Shown piece after piece: positions 1-8,994 of a stretch of DNA of 64,000 nt; the stretch's first letter is position 1, and each line of letters opens with the position of its first letter. The stretch lies in contig CAKOLW010000003.1 of the NCBI GenBank assembly GCA_934096405.1, forward strand, positions 3,282 to 67,281. Reading direction: 5' to 3'. The notes beneath the pieces were generated by a model, which did no database searches, was not told where the DNA came from, and saw only the letters and a program-made list of their open reading frames with translations. Made by a program: the position numbers and the translations under genes. The DNA is from an uncultured Bacilli bacterium. GTDB lineage: Bacteria > Bacillota_I > Bacilli_A > RF39 > UBA660.

Positions 1-283
1 TGTCTAATGATTTATTAAATTTATTTAAATAATTTTTCAAATAAATTTTTAAAGTTCTGCTGTTACCATCACAAAATGGCTGTAAACATAAAATTGAAGA
101 TAAAGTATCTAATAATAATTCTTCATTAAGTGTTTGTTCTGAATTTAATTTTTTTAATTTAAATTCTATAGGTTTTAATATTTGCTCATCTCTTATATTA
201 AGATCAATTACATAGTCAAATAAACTATTATTTATTATAACTAGTTCATAAAAGTATGGATATTTTTCTTTTAAATTAGACAT
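1..283 (-). CDS. Fic/Doc-family-like protein, N-terminal part (gene runs off the left edge)
   Basis: Not in the ORF track because no stop lies in the window. Reverse-strand ATG at 283..281 is preceded by GGTGA. My translation MSNLKEKYPYFYELV...LCLQPFCDGNSRTLKIYLKNYL contains a Fic/Doc-like core (xPFxDGNxRT), but Gln sits where the catalytic His normally is. Confidence 0.4.
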   Translation of the reverse strand, partial: MSNLKEKYPYFYELVIINNSLFDYVIDLNIRDEQILKPIEFKLKKLNSEQTLNEELLLDTLSSILCLQPFCDGNSRTLKIYLKNYLNKFNKSLD

Positions 284-380
284 AATGTTTCACCGAAAAA
301 TATTGTAACAATTTTTTGGTTTTTTTTCTACCATTTAATTAAATAATATGGTAAAATAACATCAGAATAGGAAGGGTATT

Positions 381-1277
381 ATGAAAGTTTTATGTATAGG
401 ACATGCTAGTTATGATATATCTATGTATTCTGATGGATTTCCTAAAGAAAATACTAAATATAGACTTAAGGAAAAAAATGAGTGTGTAGGTGGTTCTGCT
501 TTAACAGCTAGTTTATTATTAGGAAAATGGGGAGTAGATACATATTATAGTGGCGTTATTGGAAATGATTATTTTGGAGATAAAGTTATAGAAGAACTTA
601 GAAATTCTAATGTAAATTATGACTATTTGATTAAATCTGATGATTTAGAAACTACAAAATCATTTATAGTTATAAATAAATATAATGCTTCTAGAACTAT
701 ATTTAATTCTTATCAAGCTTGTAATGAATTAGATATAAAATATAATTTTGAACCAGATATTATATATACTGATGGAGAACATTATGATTTAACTATTAAA
801 GCATTTGATAAATATCCTAATAGTATTAAAGTAATAGATGCAGGTAAAATAAATGAAAAAGTTACTAAGTTATGTAGTGTAAGTGATTATATAATTTGTT
901 CTAAAGAGTTTGCTGAGTTAATTAGTAAAATTAGAATTGATTTTGATGATCCAGATACAATAAAAAGTGTAATTAATGAATTAGAAAAATTATATAGTGG
1001 TAAAATAATTATTACATTAGAAAACAAAGGATGTTTATATAAAATTGAAGATAAGATTAAAATAATGAGTGGCATTAAGGTACATGCTATTGATACTACT
1101 GGGGCTGGAGATATATTTCATGGTGCTTTTATATATGGACTTTCAAAAAAATTAACACTTGAGAAATGTTTAAAGATAGCTAATATTGCTGCTGGATTAA
1201 GTGTTAAGAGAAAGGGATCTTCAAGTAGTATTCCTAATATAATGAAGGTACATGAAATATATGAAAAAAATAAATAA
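381..1277 (+). CDS. PfkB/ribokinase-family sugar kinase
   Basis: 298 aa. N-terminal GGSALTAS and C-terminal DTTGAGDIFHGAF match the two PfkB signature regions. AGGAAGGG RBS lies upstream. Confidence 0.8.
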   Translation: MKVLCIGHASYDISMYSDGFPKENTKYRLKEKNECVGGSALTASLLLGKWGVDTYYSGVIGNDYFGDKVIEELRNSNVNYDYLIKSDDLETTKSFIVINKYNASRTIFNSYQACNELDIKYNFEPDIIYTDGEHYDLTIKAFDKYPNSIKVIDAGKINEKVTKLCSVSDYIICSKEFAELISKIRIDFDDPDTIKSVINELEKLYSGKIIITLENKGCLYKIEDKIKIMSGIKVHAIDTTGAGDIFHGAFIYGLSKKLTLEKCLKIANIAAGLSVKRKGSSSSIPNIMKVHEIYEKNK

Positions 1278-1554
1278 TAATAATTTTATTGATCCATTTT
1301 ATACTTTATATAATGTTATAGATTTACATGGATTTGATAAAGAATATGCTTTATTTAAGGTAAATGAATTTATTAGTGATAGTCTTAAATTAAAAAAGTA
1401 TGACTTAATTATAATTCATGGAAAAGGGACTGGTGTATTAAAGAATTCTATACATGAGTTTTTAAAACACGATAAAAGAGTTATTGAATATAAAATTGAT
1501 AATTATAATGATGGACAAACTATAGTTAGGTTAGGTGAAATAAATGAAAAATAA
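1252..1554 (+). CDS. Smr (small MutS-related) domain protein
   Basis: IDLHG...IIIHGKGTGVLK is the typical Smr domain pattern. It overlaps both neighbouring genes, which suggests translational coupling. Confidence 0.7.
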   Translation: MKYMKKINNNNFIDPFYTLYNVIDLHGFDKEYALFKVNEFISDSLKLKKYDLIIIHGKGTGVLKNSIHEFLKHDKRVIEYKIDNYNDGQTIVRLGEINEK

Positions 1555-2998
1555 AAATGGTTTTACATTAGTTGAATTGCTAGCAGTTATTGCTTTAATA
1601 GGAGTAATAATGCTTTTAGTAGCACCTAAAGTTATTAATGTATTTAATGATAGTAAAAAAACTGCTTTTTATGATGAAGTAGTTAGTTTATATAACAATG
1701 CTTATACAACTTATGCTAGTAGATTATCAGAAGGTGATACAAGTAAAAGATATTGTTTAGGAGAAGATGAAACTTTAAATAAGTTAGAAATAAAAGATAA
1801 GAATAATTTTTATTATGATATACAATTAAATAATGAAGGAAAAGTAATAAAAATTAAAGTTAAAAATAAGAATTATAATATTTCTATATCTAATAGTAAT
1901 GGATTAGACAAAAGTGATATAAAAGTTGAAAGTGTTCAAGTTAATGATAAAACTCAATATTTAAATTGTAGTGGAGAGGGATTAACTTTGACACAAACTT
2001 TGTTAAGAGATAATCCAATAGTAAGTGAAAGAACTGATTTTTCACCATATCATGATGAGCCTATCGAAAATGGAACAATTTATAAAACTAATGAAACAGA
2101 AGATGGAAGTATAGTATATTATTACTATGGTAATATAAACAACAATTGGTTTAAGTTTGCTAATTATTATTGGCGAATAATAAGAACTAATGAAAATGGT
2201 GGAATAAGGTTATTATTTGTAGGAAAGAACCATGATACAATTGATGATAGTAAATTGTATAGTACTACTAGAAAATATAAAGATTTAACTGGTATTTCTT
2301 CTGATCCAATGTATGTTGGATTTATGTATGGAACAAGTGGGTCTTTAGAAAATAATAGAACAAATGAAAACATTAGTACTATATTAGAAGAGTTAGAATC
2401 ATGGTATGAAAAAAATATTTCATATAAATATGAAAAGTATATTAGTATGGATGCAATTTATTGTAATGATAGAAGCATTGGTAGTGGTACTTATTCTACT
2501 TCTTCATCCGATTATTTCAGATATGGTGCTTCTGTTAGATTATCTAATAAAACGCCTTCTTATAAATGTGGAGGAAATGGTAATGGTGGTACATTTGCTA
2601 CTGCCGGTGATGCTGATAAGTTTAGTGTAAGTAAAGCTTCAGGAGGAAATGGAGAATTAATTTACCCAATTGCTTTAATAACTTTAGATGAAATAGTTTT
2701 TGCTGGTGGTCCATATCCAAATGTTTGGTATTTTAGTACAAGTACTGGAAATACTTTGATTGAATATTATTCTTGGTGGACTATGACACCTATTAATTGG
2801 AACAATGGAAATTCAAGAGTAGCAGCAATTAATGGTGCAATTTATCCGGGAAGTTTCTCTAGTTTAAACATTGATTCTTCAGGAGGAGATTTGGCTGTTA
2901 TGAGACCTGTAATTTCACTAGATAAATGTGTTAAATTAAATGGTACTGGAACTGCAACTGATCCTTATGTCGTTGATGAAGATGCTAGTACTTGTTAG
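1544..2998 (+). CDS. Paralog P1: type IV prepilin-leader protein carrying the conserved YWRIIRTN...VRPVISL...STC core
   Basis: N-terminus MKNKNGFTLVELLAVIALIGVIM is a class III prepilin signal (G|FTLVE with Glu at +5). The rest aligns with 7 other ORFs in the window (LRDNP, NNWFKF, YWRIIRTNENGG, YVGFMYG, AIYCNDRS, YPIALITLDE, WWTMTP, MRPVISLDKC, DPYVVDEDASTC). Confidence 0.85.
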   Translation: MKNKNGFTLVELLAVIALIGVIMLLVAPKVINVFNDSKKTAFYDEVVSLYNNAYTTYASRLSEGDTSKRYCLGEDETLNKLEIKDKNNFYYDIQLNNEGKVIKIKVKNKNYNISISNSNGLDKSDIKVESVQVNDKTQYLNCSGEGLTLTQTLLRDNPIVSERTDFSPYHDEPIENGTIYKTNETEDGSIVYYYYGNINNNWFKFANYYWRIIRTNENGGIRLLFVGKNHDTIDDSKLYSTTRKYKDLTGISSDPMYVGFMYGTSGSLENNRTNENISTILEELESWYEKNISYKYEKYISMDAIYCNDRSIGSGTYSTSSSDYFRYGASVRLSNKTPSYKCGGNGNGGTFATAGDADKFSVSKASGGNGELIYPIALITLDEIVFAGGPYPNVWYFSTSTGNTLIEYYSWWTMTPINWNNGNSRVAAINGAIYPGSFSSLNIDSSGGDLAVMRPVISLDKCVKLNGTGTATDPYVVDEDASTC

Positions 2999-3008
2999 GA
3001 GGTATTGA

Positions 3009-4418
3009 ATGAAGAAAAGTAAAAAAGGATTTACATTGGTTGAACTATTAGCAGTTATTGCTTTAATAGGAGTAATTATGCTAATAGTTGCACCTAATGT
3101 TATAAGATTGTTTAAAAAGGGAACTAAGTCTGCATTTAAAAATGAAGTATTAACTATATATAATAGTGTGTATCCTACATATTTATCAAGAACTAGTGAT
3201 GGAGATTATTCAACTAGGTTTTGTTTTACACATGGTATAGGTGATTCATTGGATGTAGAAAATAAAGAAAATATTTCTTATGACATTTCTATTGATGATG
3301 ATGGTAATATAACAAAATTTACTGTTATTAATGATGATTATGTATTTAAAGGAAATAAAATTACTAAAAAAGATATTAAATCAAATAATATTAAAGAAAA
3401 AACTAATAGTGATGTAATAATATGTGATAATATACCTTTAACATTGTCACAAGCAATGTTGAGAGATAATCCGACAAGAAACGTAAGAAGTAATAATGAT
3501 GATATAACTGACTTTGTAGGACTATTTACTGAGAATACTACTGGGACATTGTTTACTTCAACAGAAAGTATAAGTGGAATAACTGATGTGCCACAAGAAG
3601 TATACTATTATGCTGGAAATACAACAAATAACTGGGTAAAATTCGGAGGATTTTACTGGAGAATAATAAGAACAAATCATGATGGAAGTGTAAGATTACT
3701 TTACTCCGGAACAAGCTCTGATACAACAAACGGTTATATTGGAACAAGTGCATATAATAGTTCAGCTAATAGCACAAAATATGCGGGATATAAGTATGGA
3801 GAAGATACTTCTTATGATACAATGACAAATAATACAATAGATAGTACAGTAAAAACATATATAGATGCATGGTATAAAAATAATTTAACAAATTATACAA
3901 AATACTTGAGTACAAGTGCAGTATATTGTAATGATAGAGGTATAAGTGGAATATATTCAGCAAGTACTAGATATTATTATGAATCATATACAAGAGCATA
4001 TTCATATTTAACACCAACTTATGATTGTTATAATCAAAAAGATGCGTTTAGTGTAGATAATACAAGTGCTAAATTAAATTACCCAATAGCTTTAATGACA
4101 TTTGATGAAATGTGGTTTGCTGGAAGTTGGAGAAATCCATCATGGAGTAGTCAATATGCTTGGTTACACACAAATAGTAAAGGAAATTCAATCACAGGTA
4201 ATACTAGATGGTGGTCTTTGTCACCTAATCGTTGGGATGGAAAAAATTCTTATCAGTGGAGTTGTGCTTTTGATGGTGATGCATATTTAGCAATGAGTAG
4301 TACAAACTCTAATTATGGTGTCCGTCCTGTAATATCATTAAAATCATGTGCTAAAGTAACAGGAACAGGAACTGCTGATAATCCATATGTAGTGGATGAA
4401 AAAAATTCTTCGTGCTAA
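3009..4418 (+). CDS. Paralog P2: type IV prepilin-leader protein with the conserved core (subtype A)
   Basis: MKKSKKGFTLVELLAVIALIGVIM prepilin leader. The core contains TGTLFTSTESISGITDVPQEVYYYAGNTTNNWVKFG, YWRIIRTNHDGSVRLLY, AVYCNDRG, YPIALMTFDE, WWSLSP, VRPVISLKSC and NPYVVDEKNSSC. Confidence 0.85.
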   Translation: MKKSKKGFTLVELLAVIALIGVIMLIVAPNVIRLFKKGTKSAFKNEVLTIYNSVYPTYLSRTSDGDYSTRFCFTHGIGDSLDVENKENISYDISIDDDGNITKFTVINDDYVFKGNKITKKDIKSNNIKEKTNSDVIICDNIPLTLSQAMLRDNPTRNVRSNNDDITDFVGLFTENTTGTLFTSTESISGITDVPQEVYYYAGNTTNNWVKFGGFYWRIIRTNHDGSVRLLYSGTSSDTTNGYIGTSAYNSSANSTKYAGYKYGEDTSYDTMTNNTIDSTVKTYIDAWYKNNLTNYTKYLSTSAVYCNDRGISGIYSASTRYYYESYTRAYSYLTPTYDCYNQKDAFSVDNTSAKLNYPIALMTFDEMWFAGSWRNPSWSSQYAWLHTNSKGNSITGNTRWWSLSPNRWDGKNSYQWSCAFDGDAYLAMSSTNSNYGVRPVISLKSCAKVTGTGTADNPYVVDEKNSSC

Positions 4419-4463
4419 GTATTGTAATAGATAAAATAATTTGATATAATTAAGTTACTTGAT

Positions 4464-4493
4464 GAGTGGGACAGAAATCCCACTCTTTAATTT
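4464..4493 (+). terminator. Intrinsic terminator after P2
   Basis: GAGTGGGA-cagaaa-TCCCACTC followed by TTTAATTT. Confidence 0.7.
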
Positions 4494-4508
4494 GATAAGG
4501 AGGATATA

Positions 4509-4766
4509 GTGAAAGAAAAGATATTAGAAGTAGTTACTGAGCCATTAAAAACTATTGGTGTAGAAGTAACTGATGTTAAGTTTGAAAAAGAAGATGGAGT
4601 AGATACATTATTTATTACAATTAATAATGGAAATATAGTTGATACTGAATTATGTGCTAAAGCAAGTGAAATAATTAATCCATTATTAGATACTTTAGAT
4701 ATACCAGAGTTAAATAATGAATATGTATTAGATGTAGGAAGTGAGGTTTCAGAAGATGAACAATAA
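4509..4766 (+). CDS. rimP: Ribosome maturation factor RimP, N-terminal domain only (truncated)
   Basis: GTG start after AAGGAGG. It sits directly upstream of nusA. The sequence LEVVTEPL...GVEVTDVKFEKEDGVDTLFITI is RimP-like, but it stops at 85 aa where the canonical SSPG motif and the C-terminal domain should follow. Confidence 0.6.
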   Translation: MKEKILEVVTEPLKTIGVEVTDVKFEKEDGVDTLFITINNGNIVDTELCAKASEIINPLLDTLDIPELNNEYVLDVGSEVSEDEQ

Positions 4767-5811
4767 AGAATTTAAAACAGCTTTTGATTTTATAGTTAAA
4801 GAAAAAAATATAGATCCAGAGGTAGTAAAGGAAGCAATGCAAAATGCTCTAGCAGCAGGTTATAAAAAGAACACTGGAGAAGATGCTGATGTAAGAGCAG
4901 AGTTTAATACTGAAAATGGTATGATTCGTCTATTTAGAAGAATGACTGTAGTAGATGAAATAGAAAATGAGGATACAGAATTAAGTCTAGAAGAAGCTCA
5001 AGAAATAAATCCTAACTATAAAGTAGGAGATGTTATTGAAAATGAAGTAGACTTTGAAGATTTTGGTCGTGTAGCAGTTAGTGTTGCTAAACAAGTAGTA
5101 CTTCAAAAGATTAGAGAAGTTGAAAGAAATCAAATTATGGATGAATTTAGAGATAAACAAGATGAAATGATGGTTGGTTTCTTAGCAATGGAAGATAATA
5201 GAAATTACTATGTTGATCTTGGAAAAGCAAGAGGAATATTACCTAAAAATGAACTAATTCCTGGAGAAACTTTAAGAATGGGAGATAGTGTTAAAGTTTA
5301 TATAGTAAGTGTTGAAGAAACTACTAAAGGGCCTTCAATTAGATTAAGTCGTAAACATTATGGATTTGTAAAAAGACTATTTGAAAATGAAATACCTGAA
5401 TTTGCTGAAGGAATACTAATAATGCATGGTGTTGCGCGTGAAGCAGGGGTAAGAAGTAAAGTTGCGATTGAAAGTATAAATCCTAATGTTGATGCTATAG
5501 GTAGTTGTATAGGAGAAAAAGGTACTCGTATTGCTAATATAATTAAGGCTTTAAATGGAGAAAAAGTAGATTTAGTATTATATGATGAGAATCCAGAAAA
5601 ATTTATAGAAAATGCTTTAAGTCCAGCTAAGAATTTAAATGTTACAATACAAGATGAAAAGAAAAGAGAAGCTTTAGTTATAACTGATAATGAAAATTTA
5701 AGTTTAGCTATTGGTAAAAAAGGAATTAATATTAAATTAGCTAGTAAATTAACTAGATATAAATTAAATATTAAGACTTTAGATGATATAAATAAAGAAA
5801 TTAATAAATAA
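4756..5811 (+). CDS. nusA: Transcription termination/antitermination factor NusA
   Basis: S1 and KH-domain sequence (GDSVKVYIVSVEE, GSCIGEKGTRI, AIGKKGINIKLA). I prefer the ATG at 4756 (MNNKEF, after GGAAGTGAGG) to the track's GTG at 4741. Confidence 0.95.
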   Translation: MNNKEFKTAFDFIVKEKNIDPEVVKEAMQNALAAGYKKNTGEDADVRAEFNTENGMIRLFRRMTVVDEIENEDTELSLEEAQEINPNYKVGDVIENEVDFEDFGRVAVSVAKQVVLQKIREVERNQIMDEFRDKQDEMMVGFLAMEDNRNYYVDLGKARGILPKNELIPGETLRMGDSVKVYIVSVEETTKGPSIRLSRKHYGFVKRLFENEIPEFAEGILIMHGVAREAGVRSKVAIESINPNVDAIGSCIGEKGTRIANIIKALNGEKVDLVLYDENPEKFIENALSPAKNLNVTIQDEKKREALVITDNENLSLAIGKKGINIKLASKLTRYKLNIKTLDDINKEINK

Positions 5812-5820
5812 GGTGTAAAT

Positions 5821-6081
5821 ATGAAAAATAAAAAAATACCTATGAGAACTTGTGTAGTTACTAAAGAAAAGTGTGAGAAAAGAGATTTACTTAGAGTAGT
5901 AAGAACTCCAGAAGGTAATGTAATTGTTGATGATACATTAAAAGCTAATGGAAGAGGTGCTTACCTAAAAAAAGATAAAAGTGTTATAGAAAGTGCTAAG
6001 AAAAGTAAGAGTCTTGAAAGACATTTAGAAACTAGTATAAGTGATGAAATATATGATGAATTATTAAATAAAATTAATTAG
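5821..6081 (+). CDS. ylxR: YlxR/RnpM-family RNA-binding protein (DUF448)
   Basis: PMRTCVVTKEKCEKRDLLRVV...GRGAYL is the typical YlxR sequence. It has the conserved position between nusA and infB. Confidence 0.85.
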   Translation: MKNKKIPMRTCVVTKEKCEKRDLLRVVRTPEGNVIVDDTLKANGRGAYLKKDKSVIESAKKSKSLERHLETSISDEIYDELLNKIN

Positions 6082-6096
6082 AAAGAAGGTGCTTAT

Positions 6097-8217
6097 ATGA
6101 CAGTAAAAGACTATGCATTAGATTTAAATGTTAGTGTTAATAGTGTTTTAGATAAATGTAAAAGTTTAGGCATAAAGGTTAGTAGTGAAAATGATTATTT
6201 AGAAGATGATGATATTATAATGTTAGATAATGTTATTGGAGAAATGGCTACTAATGAAGAAGTAGAAGAAAATTTACTTAGTGAAGAATTAGAAGATAAG
6301 TTTAACTTAGAAGATAGAGCTAATAATTTAATAGATGAAGATTTAACTGAAGAAAGAACTAAGAAAGTTAAATTAAAGAAAAAAGATTCTAATAAGAATG
6401 AAGATTTTAAGAAAGAAAAGAAGAATATTTATAAGCATAAAACTAAGTTACAAACTAATAAGAGTGAAGATGATACAAATGTAATACTTTATACTGATGG
6501 TATGACTGTTAAAGATTTAGCTAGTAAACTTGGTATAAGAGATGAAGAGATAATTAAGAAGATGTTTGGTATGGGATTAATTCTTAATATTAATCAGGCT
6601 ATTACATTTGAAGATGCTGAAGTTGTATGTTTAGAATATAATAAAGAATTAAAGAAAGAAGAAAGTAAAGATATTAGTAATTTTGAAGAATATGAAATTA
6701 TTGATGATGAGAATGATTTAGTTCCAAGACCGCCTATTGTTACTATTATGGGACATGTTGATCATGGTAAAACAAGTTTACTTGATTATATAAGACATTC
6801 TCATGTTGTAAGTGGAGAAGCAGGTGGAATTACCCAACATATTGGTGCTTATCAAGTTGAGATTAAAGGTAATTTAATTACATTTATTGATACTCCTGGA
6901 CATGCTGCATTTACTGAAATGAGAGCAAGAGGAGCAAAGATTACTGATATTGTTGTTATAATAGTGGCTGCTGATGATGGAGTTATGCCACAAACTAAAG
7001 AAGCAATAGACCATGCTAAAAGTGCTGGAGTTCCTATTATAGTGGCTATTAATAAAATAGATAAAGGTATAGGAAATATTGATAAAATAATGAGTGAGAT
7101 GAGTGAATATGGATTGACTCCTGAAGAATGGGGTGGAGATACTATATTTGTTAAATTATCTGCTCATACTGGAGAAAATGTTGACTTATTATTAGAGAAT
7201 ATTATTGCTTTAGCTGAAATGCAAGAATTAAAAGCAAATCCTAATAGGTATGCTGTAGGTACAGTTATTGAAGCTAAATTAGATAAAAATAAGGGACCAG
7301 TTGCAACACTTCTTATTAATAATGGTACTTTAAGATTAGGAGATCCTATTGTAGTTGGTTCTTCATTTGGTAAAGTAAGAACTTTAAAAAATAGTAATGG
7401 TATTGATTTAACTAGTGCTTTACCTAGTACTCCAGTTGAAGTTACAGGACTTAATGAAGTACCAGTCGCTGGAGATAAATTTATGGCATTTGAAAGTGAA
7501 AAAGAAGCAAGAAGTGTAGCTGAAAAGAGATCAAATATACAAAAAGAAAAGAAATATGCTAAGAAGGCAGTAAGTCTAGATGATTTATTTGAATCTATTA
7601 AAGAAGGTCATAAAGAAATTAATATAGTACTTAAAACTGATGTTAAAGGTAGTGAAGAGGCAGTTAAAAATGCTCTTGAAAAGATAAGTGTTGATGGAGT
7701 TAAAATATCAGTTATAAGAAGTGGAGTAGGAACTATTACAGAAAGTGATGTAGTGTTAGCTAGTGCATCAAATGCAATTATTATTGGATTTAATGTTGTT
7801 CCTAGTCATGAAACTAAAGAAACAGCTAAACAATATAATGTTGATATTAGATTATATAATATTATTTATAAAGTAGTAGAAGAAATAGAAGCAGCTATGA
7901 AAGGTATGCTTGATCCTGAATACGAAGAGGTTATTACTGGTAATGCTGAAGTTAGACAAATATTTAAGTTTTCTAAAGTTGGTAATATCGCAGGTAGTCA
8001 TGTTACTAGTGGTGTTGTAAAAAGTAATAGTCTTGTAAGATTAATTCGTGATGGAGTGGTAGTATATACTGGTAAAATAGGAAGTTTACAAAGAGAAAAG
8101 GATCAAGTTAAAGAAGTAAAAAATGGATTTGATTGTGGTATTACATTAGAAAACTTTATTGATATTAAAGTTGGTGATGTAATTGAAGCATATGAAATGA
8201 AGGAAGTAAAGAGATAA
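6097..8217 (+). CDS. infB: Translation initiation factor IF-2
   Basis: GTPase motifs GHVDHGKTS, DTPGH and NKID, with conserved C-terminal domains. 706 aa. Confidence 0.97.
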   Translation: MTVKDYALDLNVSVNSVLDKCKSLGIKVSSENDYLEDDDIIMLDNVIGEMATNEEVEENLLSEELEDKFNLEDRANNLIDEDLTEERTKKVKLKKKDSNKNEDFKKEKKNIYKHKTKLQTNKSEDDTNVILYTDGMTVKDLASKLGIRDEEIIKKMFGMGLILNINQAITFEDAEVVCLEYNKELKKEESKDISNFEEYEIIDDENDLVPRPPIVTIMGHVDHGKTSLLDYIRHSHVVSGEAGGITQHIGAYQVEIKGNLITFIDTPGHAAFTEMRARGAKITDIVVIIVAADDGVMPQTKEAIDHAKSAGVPIIVAINKIDKGIGNIDKIMSEMSEYGLTPEEWGGDTIFVKLSAHTGENVDLLLENIIALAEMQELKANPNRYAVGTVIEAKLDKNKGPVATLLINNGTLRLGDPIVVGSSFGKVRTLKNSNGIDLTSALPSTPVEVTGLNEVPVAGDKFMAFESEKEARSVAEKRSNIQKEKKYAKKAVSLDDLFESIKEGHKEINIVLKTDVKGSEEAVKNALEKISVDGVKISVIRSGVGTITESDVVLASASNAIIIGFNVVPSHETKETAKQYNVDIRLYNIIYKVVEEIEAAMKGMLDPEYEEVITGNAEVRQIFKFSKVGNIAGSHVTSGVVKSNSLVRLIRDGVVVYTGKIGSLQREKDQVKEVKNGFDCGITLENFIDIKVGDVIEAYEMKEVKR

Positions 8218-8555
8218 TGAAATTAAAAGGAGAAAGAGTAGCTTCTGATTTATTAAAAGAACTTGGCATGATTTTACTTACTGATGCGAAAGATGAAGAT
8301 TTTAAATATGTTACATTAACTTATGCAACTGTTACAAATGATTTATCTTTTGCTAAAGTTTATTTTACTACATTAGATAATGAAAATAAGGATAAAGTTT
8401 TAAAAGACTTAAATAATGCAAGTGGCTATTTTAGAAGTAGTTTAGCTGGTAAATTGAATATTAGACATATTCCAGAAATAAGATTTGTATATGATGAGTC
8501 AATTGAATATGGTCAAAAAATAGAAAAGATAATTGAAAAAATTAATGAAGAATAA
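8217..8555 (+). CDS. rbfA: Ribosome-binding factor A
   Basis: RVASDLLKELGMIL...VTNDLSFAKVYF...IRHIPEIRFVYDES. The start overlaps the infB stop (TAATG). Confidence 0.9.
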   Translation: MKLKGERVASDLLKELGMILLTDAKDEDFKYVTLTYATVTNDLSFAKVYFTTLDNENKDKVLKDLNNASGYFRSSLAGKLNIRHIPEIRFVYDESIEYGQKIEKIIEKINEE

Positions 8556-8651
8556 TGGACAGAATAAATAAAATTTAGTATAATGTATACAGATGGACAT
8601 ATTGAATACAATATAAAAAGAGTTCACTTAACTTTAGTCGGTCAGGTGTTC

Positions 8652-8813
8652 TCAGTCCTTGATGACTTGGAAAAACACCGTTCTAACTAGAAAGGTGTTT
8701 TTCTTAATTTTTGACCCCCTTACTAAGTTCGAAGTTAATCTTCGAATAGTTTTATTAATAAAACTAATATAATAATTAGAATAATCAAATATTCCATTAA
8801 TATACCCTTTCAT
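8652..8813 (-). CDS. Candidate small basic protein (53 aa), not in the ORF track
   Basis: My translation is MKGYINGIFDYSNYYISFINKTIRRLTSNLVRGSKIKKNTFLVRTVFFQVIKD. ATG is at 8813..8811, 7 nt after a perfect AAGGAGGTG (8829..8821). 53 open codons are unlikely by chance in DNA this AT-rich. Caveat: the ORF contains the rbfA-operon terminator hairpin. Confidence 0.4.
   Translation of the reverse strand: MKGYINGIFDYSNYYISFINKTIRRLTSNLVRGSKIKKNTFLVRTVFFQVIKD
8671..8710 (+). terminator. Intrinsic terminator of the nusA-infB-rbfA operon
   Basis: AAAAACACC-G-TTCT[aact]AGAA-A-GGTGTTTTT followed by CTTAATTTTT. Confidence 0.8.
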
Positions 8814-8879
8814 AGGACCTCACCTCCTTCCTAAAAAGGACTGAGGGAAAATCACCTGACAATTAAGTGAACTAAAAAT

Positions 8880-8908
8880 ATGATATCAAATAAATGTACT
8901 ATAGTCAA
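8880..8908 (-). promoter_or_regulatory. Sigma-A-type promoter on the minus strand driving the small-ORF unit
   Basis: On the reverse strand: TTGACT (8908..8903), 17 nt spacer, TATCAT (8885..8880). The predicted start falls at the first base of the right inverted-repeat arm. Confidence 0.5.
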
Positions 8909-8994
8909 GCAAAATAACTTATTAAATAAAGGAAAAAAATTATATGTAAAAAACAAACTAAATTTGGTAAAATATAAATGAAGTGGTGATATTT

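Larger units (their letters stand above)
8621..8873. repeat. Imperfect long inverted repeat bracketing a small transcription unit
   Basis: The left arm is AGTTCACTTAA...TCAGGTG...CTCAGTCCTT (8621..8660). It is complementary to the right arm AAGGACTGAG...CACCTGA...TTAAGTGAACT (8836..8873). There are 28 paired bases in three blocks. Confidence 0.75.

Noticed and set aside
8621-8873. Interpretation of the 253-bp inverted-repeat element as a MITE
   Set aside because: There is only one copy in the window and no clear target-site duplication at the ends. The element also has coherent promoter, SD, ORF and terminator logic. It is not excluded, and a genome-wide copy count would decide.
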